Shown here piece after piece: positions 37,174-48,967 of a stretch of DNA of 64,000 nt. The stretch spans positions 2,080,001-2,144,000 of the forward strand of contig OY969724.1 in assembly GCA_963702205.1 (NCBI GenBank), written 5' to 3'. The translations under genes and the position numbers were made by a program. This DNA is from an uncultured candidate division Zixibacteria bacterium. GTDB lineage: Bacteria > Zixibacteria > MSB-5A5 > GN15 > PGXB01. Within the stretch, counting starts at the first letter, position 1; the number at the start of each line of letters is the position of its first letter. Below the pieces are notes generated by a model, which was given only the letters and a program-made list of their open reading frames with translations, was not told where the DNA came from and did not search any database.

Positions 37174-39351
37174 TTATTGCATACGCGATTTCAGGATATT
37201 AATCGTCGCATTTTGAGGGAATTTGCGGTCGGCGATATTTAATACATTGCGGGCTTTCTGCATCTCGCCCAGCGAAAGATAACCGCTGATAAGATTGATA
37301 TAGGCCTCGGTCAGACTGGAGTCGATAGCTATCGCTAAATTGCTGTTTGTGACCGATTCCTGAAAATCGCCGGTTTTGCCGAAAACAAAACCGAGTTGAT
37401 AAGCCGCCCGCGCCCTGATCGACGCGGCATCGCGGCCGCCCAGTTTGTTGATGTTGCTGAACGCGGCATCGCTGGTCTCTGACGGTTCCGGCTTGGCCGC
37501 CAAAGCCATCTTTAAATATTTCTCGGCACTTTGATAGTCCTGCTTTTCGGAATATATGATGCCGGCGTCAAGGTATATCCGCCAGGGCTCCGGAACGGCC
37601 CGTTGGGCCTTTATTACCACGGAATGAAGGGCATTTGTATCGTCCATAGCAGCCAGGCTGCGGAGTTTGACAAGGTATGGGTCAGCCAGATAGGGACGGA
37701 GCGAAATAGCCTTGTCGGCCAGGGTTATGGCCGAATCGGGATGATTGTCAAGGTATTGCAGCGACGCCAGGTTCGCCAGCGCGCGGGGATCGTCGGGCTG
37801 CAGTTTATACTCGCGCTCGAAATAGACGCGGGCGGAATCGGTCAGCCCGGCCTTAAGGTACACCGCTCCGAGATTCAGGGCGGCTTCGGGGTAGTCGGGA
37901 TGCACCGCCAGCACCTCGCGGTATGTTTCAGCGGCACTTTGCAAATCTCCGGCGGCGAAATAGGCGTTGGCGCGGTTGAACAGCCCGCTGGAGACGTCCT
38001 GAGCGTTATGGTGATAGAGATTGGTCAGCGACAGCCCGGCTATGAAAACTCCTGACAGGAGGGCAACGACGAATCTCGAAGAGAATCTTTTGGCTTTGAT
38101 ACTTTCGTACAGATATATCGTACCCGCCCCGGCCAGTGTGAAAAGCGCGAAAAGGAAAGGAAGCCGGAAGCGAGCATTTATGAAGTACATCGAGATTATC
38201 AGAATGTACAGAGTCGTATAAAATATCAGAAAACTCTTAAATCGGGATTTCATGCGGCCATCAGTTTTGGCGAACAGCCCGATTGCGGCCAGTCCGATAA
38301 CAAGCCATAAAGATATAGGAATGATCTTCAATAGCCCATTTCGTGAAAACTCCAGCACTATATTGCGATTGTTGGAAATCTCGAAGTTATTGAAGACATA
38401 GTACAACTTTTTGACATACAATTTGACAAAATCGGTTTTGTTGACAAAAATCCATTGCAGACCTTGTTGGTAGAAGTACGACGATACTTCCGAGGGCTTC
38501 ATGGCATGTCCGGTACCCTGCTCGGCGAGATATTGGACGTCTTTCAGCTGCCAGTTGCTGCCCAGCGGAGGGGGGAGGGCCGGTGACAGCCCGTTGGCAT
38601 CTTTATTGTTGCCGATATAAAAATTTATCCCGCCCGATGATGCAATCAATGTCGAATCATGCCCGACCATGATATTTCTAAGTGCGACCGGGAGGATAAC
38701 CAACAGCATCGCCGCGACAATGATTATCGCCTTTAAAGTTCGCTGTCGGGCATTTTGAAGCGTGACGAAATACCAGATAAAATATAGCGGAATAAGAGCC
38801 AATATGACCGGCCTCGTGATTGCGGCCAGGCCGATAAATACCCCCGTCCATAGCGGCCACCGCCAACGGTTGTCTTCAACCGCCCGAAAGACGCACAGAA
38901 TCGACGCCTGCGCGAGCACGATGAACAGCCCCTCGACCAGAAGCTCGCCCTCGAAAAATATCGTAATGGGATACAGCGTTTGAAATAAGGCGGCTATTAT
39001 GGCGGCTTTCGAACCGAATGTGCGTAGCGCAATGCGATAAGTCAGAAATATTGACACCAGGCCGAGTATCTGTCCGAACGCAAAGCCGATGTGCGCCGAC
39101 TTGCCGAGGATGAAATAAACCAGGCCCAGAACGTACGGGTAAAGCGGGGCACGGAAAAAGGCCTCGCTGCCGAGCCAGTCTCCGGACGCAATCGCCACAG
39201 CCCATTTGTGGTGGAACAGGGTATCGACCAGAAGAAAGTCCTCGCCGGCGTACGGATATCTCGTGATAAAGTATATTAGTCTGACGATCACAGCCAGCCC
39301 GAGGATAATAAGCCAGGGCCGCCCGGATAGAAATTGCAGGTTTTTTTTCAT
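37174..39351 (-). CDS. GT-C (GT39/ArnT-like) membrane glycosyltransferase fused to TPR repeats
   Basis: APLYPY.L, NFYIGNN, RFRLP, multiple TM helices, C-terminal TPRs. Confidence 0.8.
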   Translation of the reverse strand: MKKNLQFLSGRPWLIILGLAVIVRLIYFITRYPYAGEDFLLVDTLFHHKWAVAIASGDWLGSEAFFRAPLYPYVLGLVYFILGKSAHIGFAFGQILGLVSIFLTYRIALRTFGSKAAIIAALFQTLYPITIFFEGELLVEGLFIVLAQASILCVFRAVEDNRWRWPLWTGVFIGLAAITRPVILALIPLYFIWYFVTLQNARQRTLKAIIIVAAMLLVILPVALRNIMVGHDSTLIASSGGINFYIGNNKDANGLSPALPPPLGSNWQLKDVQYLAEQGTGHAMKPSEVSSYFYQQGLQWIFVNKTDFVKLYVKKLYYVFNNFEISNNRNIVLEFSRNGLLKIIPISLWLVIGLAAIGLFAKTDGRMKSRFKSFLIFYTTLYILIISMYFINARFRLPFLFALFTLAGAGTIYLYESIKAKRFSSRFVVALLSGVFIAGLSLTNLYHHNAQDVSSGLFNRANAYFAAGDLQSAAETYREVLAVHPDYPEAALNLGAVYLKAGLTDSARVYFEREYKLQPDDPRALANLASLQYLDNHPDSAITLADKAISLRPYLADPYLVKLRSLAAMDDTNALHSVVIKAQRAVPEPWRIYLDAGIIYSEKQDYQSAEKYLKMALAAKPEPSETSDAAFSNINKLGGRDAASIRARAAYQLGFVFGKTGDFQESVTNSNLAIAIDSSLTEAYINLISGYLSLGEMQKARNVLNIADRKFPQNATINILKSRMQ

Positions 39352-39652
39352 ATTCGCTTTAGAAGATATTGTTTAATCGGCTCAATTTCAACCCCCCTTT
39401 TCGTACGCAAGCAAATTCCTATATGCACGCATCCGCAGTGGTGTGAAGAACGCATGCTTGCCGGGTGATATTCCGTGCAATCTTTAAACAGCGACGACAA
39501 TGCATCTTAAGTCATTGCATTATAACAAGTAAGCGTCGCTACGGGCTTGCCGCATTTGCACTATTTTGCACAATATCCTGAATCAAAATGCTCTTCTGAA
39601 TGCGGCATATTGGTTGCTCGAACAGGTATTGGTTTTATTTGAGGAGGAATAG

Positions 39653-42562
39653 ATGAACAAGATAAATTCGCACTTTTGCCGGGCCTTTCTTCTGGGCCTC
39701 ATAATTTTTGTCGTATCCGGGTCGGCTTCGGCCGAGCTTTCTCCCTCGATTGAAAACGCTCTGAACCGGATGACGGCGTCGAGCGCCGATTCCTTAGTTT
39801 CAGTCATAGTTTTCGCCAATGACGACAATCTTAGAAGCGATGTTTCAAGAATTTCCGCCGCCCCTGACCGGACGCTGCGCGCCCGGCATCAGGCCGTTAT
39901 AGAAAAACTCAACCGGCCCAACAACAATCTGGACCGGATATATAATTATTTTTTGTCGGTACCGTCGGCCCGCGTCGTTCGCAAGTTCTGGATTTCCCCG
40001 GCTATGGAAGTCGAACTGCCCCTGTCGGCCGTGTCTGATATCGAAAATCTCGCCGGTGTCAAAGGTGTTATAGATAATGCCACTCTCGAATATATCGACC
40101 CGGTCGAAAGCAATCCCGCGCAGCTGACCAGCGGCGCCGTCTCCAGCCATCTCGAAGCGTTGAACGTCCCGGCGCTGTGGCGTCGTGGTTTGACCGGCGG
40201 CGGTCGGCTGGTATGCAGTTTCGATACCGGCGTGCAGAGTGATCATCCGGCGCTGCAATCCAAATGGCGTGGCAATCACGCCTCATCGAGCGCCTGCTGG
40301 TTCGGTCCCGTAGCGGGCACCGAGACTCCGATCGATCGCTCCGGACACGGGACGCACACGATGGGTATCATGGTTGGCAGCACTCCGACCGATTCATTCG
40401 GTGTTGCCCCGTCGGCGGAATGGATCAGCGCGGCCGTGGTTGATCAGGGCCTGAGTTTTTCGGCAACCATAGCCGATATTCTGAGCGCCTTCCAGTGGGC
40501 GGTCGATCCCGATGGCGACCCGTCGACCGTCGACGATATGCCCGATGTCATCCTCAACAGCTGGGGTGTTCCTCAGAGCATATATGCTCCCTGCGATCAG
40601 ACTTTTTCAGATGCCATTAACAACGTCGAAGCCGCCGGAATCATCGTCGTCTTTTCAGCGGGCAACGAAGGTCCCGACCCGATGAGCCTGCGCCTTCCCG
40701 CCGATAACGCCTCGACCCCGATCAATACGTTTTCGGTCGGCGCTATAAATACCGCCACCTTGACCGTGGCCGATTTCTCCAGCCGTGGTCCCTCGGCCTG
40801 CGACCAGACCTCCAAAAAGCCGGAAGTTGTCGCTCCCGGTATCGGAATCGTGTCGTCGTACAAGGACAGTACTTATCGTTCGATGAACGGCACGTCGATG
40901 GCCGCTCCGTTTATTGCCGGTTTGGCGGCCCTTTTAAGACAGTACAATCCCGACGCGACCGTGGCGGAAGTTAAGAACGCCATCATTCAGTCGTGCCGCG
41001 ATCTGGGAACGCCCGGCGAAGACAACGATTATGGATATGGACTGCCCGACGCCGAAGCCGCTATCAGTTATATGCCGGTGCCGAGCCTGCCTCCGGTTTA
41101 TGTGGACAATCATGTCTTGGGCGGTGATGGAACCGCTCAGCCCGGCGATACCGCCCAGCTTTTTATTCGCCTGTCCGACCCGACCGCCCGTGTGGATTCC
41201 GTTACGGTGCGAATAGAGTGTACCGATCCGGCGATCAATATCCTGAACGATGAAGCCGTGTTTATCTTCCCCGGCAATATCAATATGGCCATGAATATCG
41301 AACCGTTCGTATTTCACGTCGATCCCGGAGTGGTGCAGGGTCATAAGTTTACCCTGGACCTGATCGTATCGCTGCCGTTCGGGGTCGAGTACGATACCCT
41401 GCATCTTGACCTGACGGCCGGTTACCCGCCCAAAGGAAGTATCGTGACACATACCACGCCGCGCCTTCAATTTTCGGTTTCTGATTTCGGACAAAACGGC
41501 CTCGGTCCCAATTCCGCCTATTACGCCGGTGGTGAAGGTTTCCGGTTCGACGGTTCCGATAATTTGCTCTATGAATCCGGCATAATTGTCGGTCGCAACG
41601 CCCTTCAGTTGGCCTCGTCGGTCCGCGACAGTCTCGGTCATGCGTACCATTCGGATTTTGCGCCCGTACAGGCTCTCACGACCGCTTATCCTGATGCCGA
41701 CGGGGGTTTTAAAAGCAGCGCCTCATACACCGACGCCAATTCTGATATTGCGGTCCCGATCGAAGTTCATCAGTTTGTTTCCACATACGATCAAACCGGC
41801 AACGATGGTTTTGTCATAATGCGCTATTTCCTGAAAAATATCTCGGCTGAAACACTGACCAATCTTGATTTCGGCTTCATGACCGATTTTGATCTTGGTC
41901 CCGACGGTGAATCGATGGACGTTTACGGTGGTGACAATATGCTTTACTGCCAGGGCAACGGCTATTATGTCGGCGTTCTGCCGGTCGGTCCGGCGACCGG
42001 TGTGTCGGTCATTGAAAACGCCGGCGGCAAAATCGGGCTGGCCGATCCCACGCTGTATGATCTTGTCAGCGCCTCCGGATTCAGCGGGGCAACCGGTGAC
42101 GCCGGTGATTATATGAGCTGTTTGTCGTTCGGACCGTACAGGATCGACCCCGGCGATTCGGTCGAAGTGGCGCTGATACTGGCGGCCGGGCACGATATCT
42201 CGGAGTTGTATACCTCGGCTCATCAGGGGATGAATCGCTATTATGGCGTTACCGCGGTCGAAGACCATCTCGACAATCTTCCGAATCAATTCTCACTGCA
42301 CCAGAACTTTCCCAATCCGTTCAATCCGACTACGACGATCTCGTTTAAACTGGCCCGCTCCGGCAATGTCAGACTCGATGTCATCAATATGCTGGGACAG
42401 GTCGTGACGACGCTCCACGACGGCGTTGCCGCCCGTGGTATTAATTCGGTGGTCTGGGACGGAACCGATGGCGGCGGACATCAGGTTGCTTCCGGCGTCT
42501 ATTTCTATCGCATTACCACCGACGGCGGTGTGCAGACCAAAAAGATGATGATGCTGAAATAG
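39653..42562 (+). CDS. Secreted S8 subtilisin-like serine protease with C-terminal sorting domain
   Basis: FDTG, HGTHTMG, FSAGNEG, GTSMAAP; QNFPNPFNP...KMMMLK. Confidence 0.92.
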   Translation: MNKINSHFCRAFLLGLIIFVVSGSASAELSPSIENALNRMTASSADSLVSVIVFANDDNLRSDVSRISAAPDRTLRARHQAVIEKLNRPNNNLDRIYNYFLSVPSARVVRKFWISPAMEVELPLSAVSDIENLAGVKGVIDNATLEYIDPVESNPAQLTSGAVSSHLEALNVPALWRRGLTGGGRLVCSFDTGVQSDHPALQSKWRGNHASSSACWFGPVAGTETPIDRSGHGTHTMGIMVGSTPTDSFGVAPSAEWISAAVVDQGLSFSATIADILSAFQWAVDPDGDPSTVDDMPDVILNSWGVPQSIYAPCDQTFSDAINNVEAAGIIVVFSAGNEGPDPMSLRLPADNASTPINTFSVGAINTATLTVADFSSRGPSACDQTSKKPEVVAPGIGIVSSYKDSTYRSMNGTSMAAPFIAGLAALLRQYNPDATVAEVKNAIIQSCRDLGTPGEDNDYGYGLPDAEAAISYMPVPSLPPVYVDNHVLGGDGTAQPGDTAQLFIRLSDPTARVDSVTVRIECTDPAINILNDEAVFIFPGNINMAMNIEPFVFHVDPGVVQGHKFTLDLIVSLPFGVEYDTLHLDLTAGYPPKGSIVTHTTPRLQFSVSDFGQNGLGPNSAYYAGGEGFRFDGSDNLLYESGIIVGRNALQLASSVRDSLGHAYHSDFAPVQALTTAYPDADGGFKSSASYTDANSDIAVPIEVHQFVSTYDQTGNDGFVIMRYFLKNISAETLTNLDFGFMTDFDLGPDGESMDVYGGDNMLYCQGNGYYVGVLPVGPATGVSVIENAGGKIGLADPTLYDLVSASGFSGATGDAGDYMSCLSFGPYRIDPGDSVEVALILAAGHDISELYTSAHQGMNRYYGVTAVEDHLDNLPNQFSLHQNFPNPFNPTTTISFKLARSGNVRLDVINMLGQVVTTLHDGVAARGINSVVWDGTDGGGHQVASGVYFYRITTDGGVQTKKMMMLK

Positions 42563-42586
42563 CTGCGGCATGAAACAGCGCGTCTC

Positions 42587-45331
42587 ATGAAAACGAAAAT
42601 CCAAAATATCGTTTTGAGGCTTATCTCGGCCATCGTAATATTCATGGTTTTGCCTTTGTCCGCATACTCGGTGGCCATGTCCGACCGGGCTCTCGAAAGG
42701 CTGGACAAAGAAGGGACCCTCGATAATTATATCAATATATTAAAAGACGCCCGAGAGAGGGGAGTCGATCAATCGACGAAATACACTGTGCGGGAAAACC
42801 GATTCCTGGCCTCGAGCAGCGGTAATGAAAGCGTCGATACTGCCCATGTGCTGGTGCTGCTGGTTGATTTCGCCGATAATCCGTACACCTCGGGCGCTGT
42901 CTCAGGAAAACCCGCCCAGTTCGATTCGCTGCTCTTTTCGACCGATGGTGTCAACCCAACCGGTTCGATGACGGAATACTATCTCGAGAATTCTTATGGC
43001 AAGTTCTATATAGAAGGTGACATTTATGGTTGGCTTCGGATGCCGCGGAATTATTCCTTTTATGTCGGCAGCAGCTACGGACTGGGGGCGTTTCCTCATA
43101 ACAGCAAGATGCTGGCGCTCGATGCGATTTCCGCCGCCGATGCGGCCGGTGTCGATTTTTCCCGTTATGATAATTTCGGCAGCGACGGGCTGGTCGATGG
43201 TTTGATAATCGTGCACGGCGGGCCGGGCCACGAAGAAAGTGCTTCCGATGCAGACATGCACTCTCATAAATGGAATCTGGGTCTTTATAAATTATCCGCC
43301 GATGGTGTTACGATCGATGACTATGTCATCGGACCGGAGGAATCGTACGATTCTCAGTCAATTTCGAACATCGGCGTTTTTTGCCATGAGTACGGGCATC
43401 TTCTTGGATTGCCGGATTTGTACGATGTCACCGATCAGGATAACACATCGGCGGGGTTGGGGAGATGGTCGTTGATGGCGACCGGCAGCTATAACGGCGG
43501 ATCGCGCCTTCCCGCTCATCTGGATGCATGGTGCAAGGCATATCTTGGCTTTGTCGAACCGACCCAGGTGACGGAAAATACTACAGGTGTCTCAATCCCC
43601 GAAATTGAAACGGTGCCGGAAACATACAAATTATGGAACGACGGCGATTACCATGGAAATGAGTACTTCCTGATTGAAAACCGCCAAAAAACCGGGTTCG
43701 ATGCCGGTCTGCCCGGCGAAGGGCTGTTGATTTATCATGTCGATGAGTCCGCCGGGGACGCTATTGGCAATAACACCGATCCACAGAGATATCATGTGGC
43801 GCTGGAACAGGCCGACGGGCTGAAACAGCTTGAATTCACTCGAAACAATTCCGGCGACGCCGGTGACCCATACCCCGGTGTTTCCGATAATCGTGACTTT
43901 GACGATGCCTCGACACCTGACAGCCGGAGCAATGGCGATCTTGTGACACAGACGGCCGTCTGGAATATATCCGATCCGGATTCAGTCATGACGGCCAATT
44001 TCGATGTTTCCTGGTCGCGCCCCGGATTTGAAATGGTTTCATGTAAATTTGACGACGCCGATCAAAACGGCTGGCTGGAAGCTGGGGAAACGGTAGAATT
44101 TAGATTCACGTTGGCAAATGAGTGGTTGACCGCAAAGAATGTGAATATTTCCTTGTCATCATCGGATGACGCTATTGATATTCCCGACGCACCTCTTTTT
44201 TATCCGGCTGTCGAAGGTGACGGCGGGTCAGTAGACAATGAAAGTGACCCGATAGTATTTACTCTGCCGGATACACTGGTGCCGTCGTACGATACGTTTC
44301 ATGTTGTCATTAAAAATTATGCGGATAGTACACTGGCCGAGTTTCAGTACCAAATCGCAGTGGGTAGTCCCCAAGTGCTATTGGTCGACGCCGACCGGGG
44401 AGCCGATTATCAGCAGATATACCTCGATGATTTCTACAAACTAAAAATGCCCGTGGAACTGTGGGATTGCGAGCTTAAGGGCACGCCGCCGCCGCATATA
44501 GTGAATGATTTTGATTTGGTAGTCTGGTTTACCGGTGATACCGCGTCGAATTTGATGTCCTCCGCAGACATCTCGGTCATCGAAGATTATCTCGATAACG
44601 GCGGCTCGCTGTTTCTTACGGGTCAATGGCTGGCCTCTGAGCTGTCATCGAAAGATAAATCTTTTCTAAACGAATACCTTCATGCCGAAGTCGATGGTAC
44701 GTATTTCAATGTAATCCATGAAGGTGTCCCCGGCAGCCCGATCGGCAACAACCTTACCGTTCGTTATACGAGTTATGCCAATCAGGAGTGGTTGGCCGGT
44801 TCGCAGATCATTCCGGTCAACGGCGGAGCTCCCGTGTTTAGTTTCGTGGGCGGGGGATATTCGGCGGTCAGCTATGCCGGGGCTTATAAGACGGTTTTTT
44901 TTAACTGGGGTTACGAAGCGCTGTCGGACGTGTTCGCCAGCTATGACAAACGGGAAGACGTCTTGCGCCGGGTGGTCGATTTTCTCGGCGGGCAAAATGT
45001 CGATATCTATGACGGCTCATCGTTTGAGCCCCTTCCGACCGATTTCGTTCTGAATCAGAACTACCCCAACCCTTTTAATCCGTCGACGGTGATAGAATAT
45101 GAACTTAATCCAATTAATTTTAATCGCGAAATACACGTGGAGCTGAGCGTTTACAACACACTGGGGCGCCGGGTGAAAACGCTGGTCGACCAAAGTCAAA
45201 GCGCCGGACGTTATGCTGTCGAGTGGAACGGAACCGATGACTCCGGCCACAATGTCGCCAGCGGCATTTATCTTTATCGATTAATTCGCGGGGGCGAATC
45301 GCAGTGCAAGAAAATGATCCTTCTTAAATAA
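42587..45331 (+). CDS. Secreted M6 (immune inhibitor A) metalloprotease with C-terminal sorting domain
   Basis: LLVDF.D, HEYGHLLGLPDLYD, WSLMATGS, EYFLIENRQ; QNYPNPFNP...KMILLK. Confidence 0.92.
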   Translation: MKTKIQNIVLRLISAIVIFMVLPLSAYSVAMSDRALERLDKEGTLDNYINILKDARERGVDQSTKYTVRENRFLASSSGNESVDTAHVLVLLVDFADNPYTSGAVSGKPAQFDSLLFSTDGVNPTGSMTEYYLENSYGKFYIEGDIYGWLRMPRNYSFYVGSSYGLGAFPHNSKMLALDAISAADAAGVDFSRYDNFGSDGLVDGLIIVHGGPGHEESASDADMHSHKWNLGLYKLSADGVTIDDYVIGPEESYDSQSISNIGVFCHEYGHLLGLPDLYDVTDQDNTSAGLGRWSLMATGSYNGGSRLPAHLDAWCKAYLGFVEPTQVTENTTGVSIPEIETVPETYKLWNDGDYHGNEYFLIENRQKTGFDAGLPGEGLLIYHVDESAGDAIGNNTDPQRYHVALEQADGLKQLEFTRNNSGDAGDPYPGVSDNRDFDDASTPDSRSNGDLVTQTAVWNISDPDSVMTANFDVSWSRPGFEMVSCKFDDADQNGWLEAGETVEFRFTLANEWLTAKNVNISLSSSDDAIDIPDAPLFYPAVEGDGGSVDNESDPIVFTLPDTLVPSYDTFHVVIKNYADSTLAEFQYQIAVGSPQVLLVDADRGADYQQIYLDDFYKLKMPVELWDCELKGTPPPHIVNDFDLVVWFTGDTASNLMSSADISVIEDYLDNGGSLFLTGQWLASELSSKDKSFLNEYLHAEVDGTYFNVIHEGVPGSPIGNNLTVRYTSYANQEWLAGSQIIPVNGGAPVFSFVGGGYSAVSYAGAYKTVFFNWGYEALSDVFASYDKREDVLRRVVDFLGGQNVDIYDGSSFEPLPTDFVLNQNYPNPFNPSTVIEYELNPINFNREIHVELSVYNTLGRRVKTLVDQSQSAGRYAVEWNGTDDSGHNVASGIYLYRLIRGGESQCKKMILLK

Positions 45332-45361
45332 AACCAATGTCTTTGTTTTGCCTGCCTGAAC

Positions 45362-45392
45362 AAAACCGCCCTTTCCTCCGGGGCGGTTTCTT
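45362..45392 (+). terminator. Rho-independent terminator
   Basis: AAACCGCCC...GGGCGGTTT followed by T-rich tail. Confidence 0.65.
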
Positions 45393-45410
45393 ATTAGACG
45401 GTTAATCTGT

Positions 45411-45439
45411 TTGACAGGCCATCGTCTCGTCATTAGATT
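45411..45439 (+). promoter_or_regulatory. Promoter for the ecfT-truA run
   Basis: TTGACA-17bp-TAGATT. Confidence 0.55.
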
Positions 45440-45468
45440 GCTCATCTTAATAGCTGAGGAGAAAACTA

Positions 45469-46266
45469 TTGCTCAATCGGTTGATAATCGGACAATATCG
45501 CCCTCTAAATTCGCTTGGTCATAATATCGATGCCCGTTTTAAAATAATCGTGGTCGTGGCTATTATGATGCTGTCGGTATTTACCGTCTCAATATGGTTT
45601 TATCTGGGGATTATAGCCGGACTTCTGCTGATGTTGCTTCTGTCGAAGATTACACCTTCCGGGATAATGTCCAATCTCAAGCCATTTTTAATTTTGGTTT
45701 CGATCACTGCCGTCTATCATCTTATTTTTTCCGCAAGGGATACGGAGACCTTGATAAATATCTGGGGCTTTCGGCTGACCTCCGGCGGAGTCGAGATGGC
45801 GATCAGCTATTCGCTGCGTGTATTGGTTTTTGTCTTTCTGGCGTTTTTTATATCTTTGACCACCATGCCGACCGACATGGCCGAGTCACTGGTACGGGGC
45901 CTCCGGCCGTTGAAGAGGCTGGGCGTGCCGCTAAACGACCTGGCTTTGATAATATTTATCGCCATGCGCCTGATACCGGTTTTGATCGAAGAGATGGATA
46001 CTATCCGTAAAGCTCAAATAGTCCGGGGCGTGAATTTTTCGGGTGGTCTTCTCAACCGGGCCCGCAAATTCGTCTATTTATTGATCCCGGTGTTTCAATC
46101 GTCATTGCGGCGGGCCGACGATCTGGCTTTGGCCATCGAAGCCAGAGGTTATGTGTCCGGTGCCGAGAGAAGCTCTTACAAAGTGTTTAAAGCCGCCACC
46201 CGCGACTGGCTGTTTTTGATAATTTCTATAGTGGCCGCAGGGGCGTTGTTTTATGCGTTGGGATAA
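45469..46266 (+). CDS. ecfT: ECF transporter transmembrane component T
   Basis: GQY, DARFK, AMRLIP, AQIVRG, AIEARGY. Confidence 0.9.
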   Translation: MLNRLIIGQYRPLNSLGHNIDARFKIIVVVAIMMLSVFTVSIWFYLGIIAGLLLMLLLSKITPSGIMSNLKPFLILVSITAVYHLIFSARDTETLINIWGFRLTSGGVEMAISYSLRVLVFVFLAFFISLTTMPTDMAESLVRGLRPLKRLGVPLNDLALIIFIAMRLIPVLIEEMDTIRKAQIVRGVNFSGGLLNRARKFVYLLIPVFQSSLRRADDLALAIEARGYVSGAERSSYKVFKAATRDWLFLIISIVAAGALFYALG

Positions 46267-46272
46267 GATAAA

Positions 46273-47016
46273 ATGGCCAAAGTAAACATACGCCTGATCG
46301 TCGAATACAATGGCTCGTACTATTGCGGCTGGCAAATTCAGCCGGAAGACAACACGGTTCAAAAGGAAATGGTCGATGCCATTCGCAAAGTAACCGGCCA
46401 GGACGTCACTCTTTATGCCGCCGGGCGCACCGACAGCGGTGTCCACGCCCTCGGGCAGGTAGTCAATTTCCATATCGACCACGATCTTCCGGTCGAAAAA
46501 TACAAAGATGCCATCAATTATTTTCTGCCGCGCTCGATTCTGGTCAAAGACGTCGGTGTCGTTCCCGATGATTTCAGCGCCCGATATTCGGCTATTTGGC
46601 GGAAGTACAGATATATGATTTCGCATGAAAGGTCGGCTCTATACCAGGATTACCGTTGGGAATACCAATATCCGCTGAACGTAGACAGGATGCAGGCCAT
46701 CGCCGAATATATAATCGGTCGCCACGATTTTTCGGCTTTTTGCAAAGTAGCCTCGCTCAAGGAAAATAACGAGTGCGAAATCTCTGAATCCCAATGGCGG
46801 ACACACGGTTCAACCCTGATATATGAAGTAAAGTCTAACCGTTTTTTGCATACCATGGTGCGGTCGCTGGTTGGAGTTATGACCCTCGCCGGGCGGGAGA
46901 ACGATTACTTGACTTTGGAAAACTTTAAAGATATTATGGACTCGAAAGATCATACCAGAATAAAAATGGTCGCTCCGGCCCGGGGGTTGTATCTGGTCGC
47001 AGTCGGCTATGAATAA
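46273..47016 (+). CDS. truA: tRNA pseudouridine(38-40) synthase
   Basis: [34 protein letters not shown]. Confidence 0.95.
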   Translation: MAKVNIRLIVEYNGSYYCGWQIQPEDNTVQKEMVDAIRKVTGQDVTLYAAGRTDSGVHALGQVVNFHIDHDLPVEKYKDAINYFLPRSILVKDVGVVPDDFSARYSAIWRKYRYMISHERSALYQDYRWEYQYPLNVDRMQAIAEYIIGRHDFSAFCKVASLKENNECEISESQWRTHGSTLIYEVKSNRFLHTMVRSLVGVMTLAGRENDYLTLENFKDIMDSKDHTRIKMVAPARGLYLVAVGYE

Positions 47017-47027
47017 AGAGGTTCAAA

Positions 47028-47675
47028 ATGAAATTTTTTATCGATACGGCCAATCTTGAAGAAATAAAGGAAGCCTCGGCTTTGGGGATTCTCGACGGTG
47101 TCACTACCAATCCCAGCCTTCTGGCCAAAGAAAACAGCCCGTACCGGGAGCTTCTCGCGGAGATATGTAAAGTCGTTAAAGGCCCGGTTTCAGCCGAAGT
47201 GGTGGCACTCGACGTAGAAAATATGATCCGTGAGGCCGAAGACCTGGCGTCGATTGCGGAGAATATTACGATCAAAGTCCCGATCACCAAAGACGGCATC
47301 AAAGCGATCAAACGCCTGTCGGAACAGGGCATTATGACCAACGCGACGTTGTGTTTTTCGCCGATGCAGGCTCTCATGGTGGCCAAGGCCGGGGCAACTT
47401 TCGTTTCTCCGTTCGTCGGCAGGCTGGACGATGTTTCTCATTTCGGTATGGAGTTGATCCAGCAGGTCGTGACGATTTACGACAATTATGGCTTTGAAAC
47501 GGAGGTGCTTGTAGCTTCGGTTCGTAACCCGCTGCACGTGGTCGAAGCGGCCATGATGGGCGCGCACGTGGCGACCATCCCGTTTAAAGTGATCGAGAGC
47601 CTGGTGAAACACCCCCTGACCGACGTTGGCCTGAAGAAATTCCTCGACGACTGGGAAAAGGTCAACAAGGGATGA
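47028..47675 (+). CDS. tal: TalC-type transaldolase (transaldolase/FSA family)
   Basis: DTAN, GVTTNPS, SAEV, IKVP, SPFVGR; the Glu and Phe residues indicate transaldolase rather than FSA. Confidence 0.9.
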   Translation: MKFFIDTANLEEIKEASALGILDGVTTNPSLLAKENSPYRELLAEICKVVKGPVSAEVVALDVENMIREAEDLASIAENITIKVPITKDGIKAIKRLSEQGIMTNATLCFSPMQALMVAKAGATFVSPFVGRLDDVSHFGMELIQQVVTIYDNYGFETEVLVASVRNPLHVVEAAMMGAHVATIPFKVIESLVKHPLTDVGLKKFLDDWEKVNKG

Positions 47676-48967
47676 TTCCTCGATATACGCTTCCTGAGAT
47701 GGGTCGGCTTTGGTCCGATGATTCCAAATTCGGTTTTTGGCTCGAGGTCGAACTGGCCGCCTGCCGCGCTATGGCCGACATGAAAATGATCCCGCAAAAG
47801 GCCTGGCTGAATATTAAGAAGAAGGCCGCTTTCAATATCGACCGTATCAACGAAATCGAAGCCGAGACCAATCACGATGTCATCGCATTTTTGACGTCGG
47901 TCGGGGAATTTGTCGGACCGGATTCGAAGTACATTCATTTCGGATTGACATCATCGGACGTCCTCGATACCGCTCTCTCGCTGCAGATGAAACAGGCGGC
48001 CGGAATTATAGACAAGAAATTGGCCGCCGCACTAATCAAGATTAAAAAGTTCGCCCTGAAATATAAGATGACGCCGATAATCGGGCGCACCCACGGCGTC
48101 GCTGCCGAACCGACGACGCTCGGTCTTAAGTTTGCGGTGTGGTACACGGAACTCGAACGCGGACAGCAGCGGTTTAAGATCGCCGCCGATGAGGCCGCGG
48201 TCGGGGCCATATCAGGGGCGGTCGGCAATTTCGCCAATGTCGATCCCGAAATTGAGGCCCGTGTCTGCAAATACCTGGGGTTGAAGGTCGACAAGGTTTC
48301 CACGCAGGTGATACAGCGAGACAGGCACGCCGCCTATATCGGAGCGCTGGCGGTGCTGGCGTCGTCGATGGAAAAAATAGCCACGGAAATCCGTAATTTG
48401 CACCGTACCGAAATCGGCGAGGTCATGGAAGGTTTCGCCAAAGGCCAGAAAGGGTCATCGGCCATGCCCCACAAGAAAAACCCGATCACGGCCGAACGGA
48501 TTTCGGGGATCGCCCGCATCGTGCGGGGATACGCCCTGGCGGCAATGGAAAACATTACGCTCTGGCACGAACGAGACATAGCCCACAGCTCGGTCGAACG
48601 GGTCATAATTCCCGATAGTACGATCATCGTCGATTACGCCCTTAAAATATTCAACGACGTTCTCGACCGACTGATGATCAATCCCGAACGCATGCTGGAA
48701 AATATAAATTGCTACGGAGGGGTCGTTTTCTCTCAACGGCTGTTGCTGAAACTTACCAAAGCCCTGTCGAGCCGGGAACTGGCTTATCTGATTGTCCAAC
48801 GCAATGCCATGAAGGCATACAATGGTAAGAGTGGATTTAAAGAACTGGTGCTGTCCGATCCGGAAATCACGGGAGTTTCTAAGGCCAGTGAAATAGAAGA
48901 ATGCTTTGATTTGTCATATTACCTGAAAAACGTCGATAAGGTCTTCAAACGGGTGTTTGGGCGATGA
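47672..48967 (+). CDS. purB: Adenylosuccinate lyase
   Basis: [27 protein letters not shown]. Confidence 0.95.
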   Translation: MIPRYTLPEMGRLWSDDSKFGFWLEVELAACRAMADMKMIPQKAWLNIKKKAAFNIDRINEIEAETNHDVIAFLTSVGEFVGPDSKYIHFGLTSSDVLDTALSLQMKQAAGIIDKKLAAALIKIKKFALKYKMTPIIGRTHGVAAEPTTLGLKFAVWYTELERGQQRFKIAADEAAVGAISGAVGNFANVDPEIEARVCKYLGLKVDKVSTQVIQRDRHAAYIGALAVLASSMEKIATEIRNLHRTEIGEVMEGFAKGQKGSSAMPHKKNPITAERISGIARIVRGYALAAMENITLWHERDIAHSSVERVIIPDSTIIVDYALKIFNDVLDRLMINPERMLENINCYGGVVFSQRLLLKLTKALSSRELAYLIVQRNAMKAYNGKSGFKELVLSDPEITGVSKASEIEECFDLSYYLKNVDKVFKRVFGR

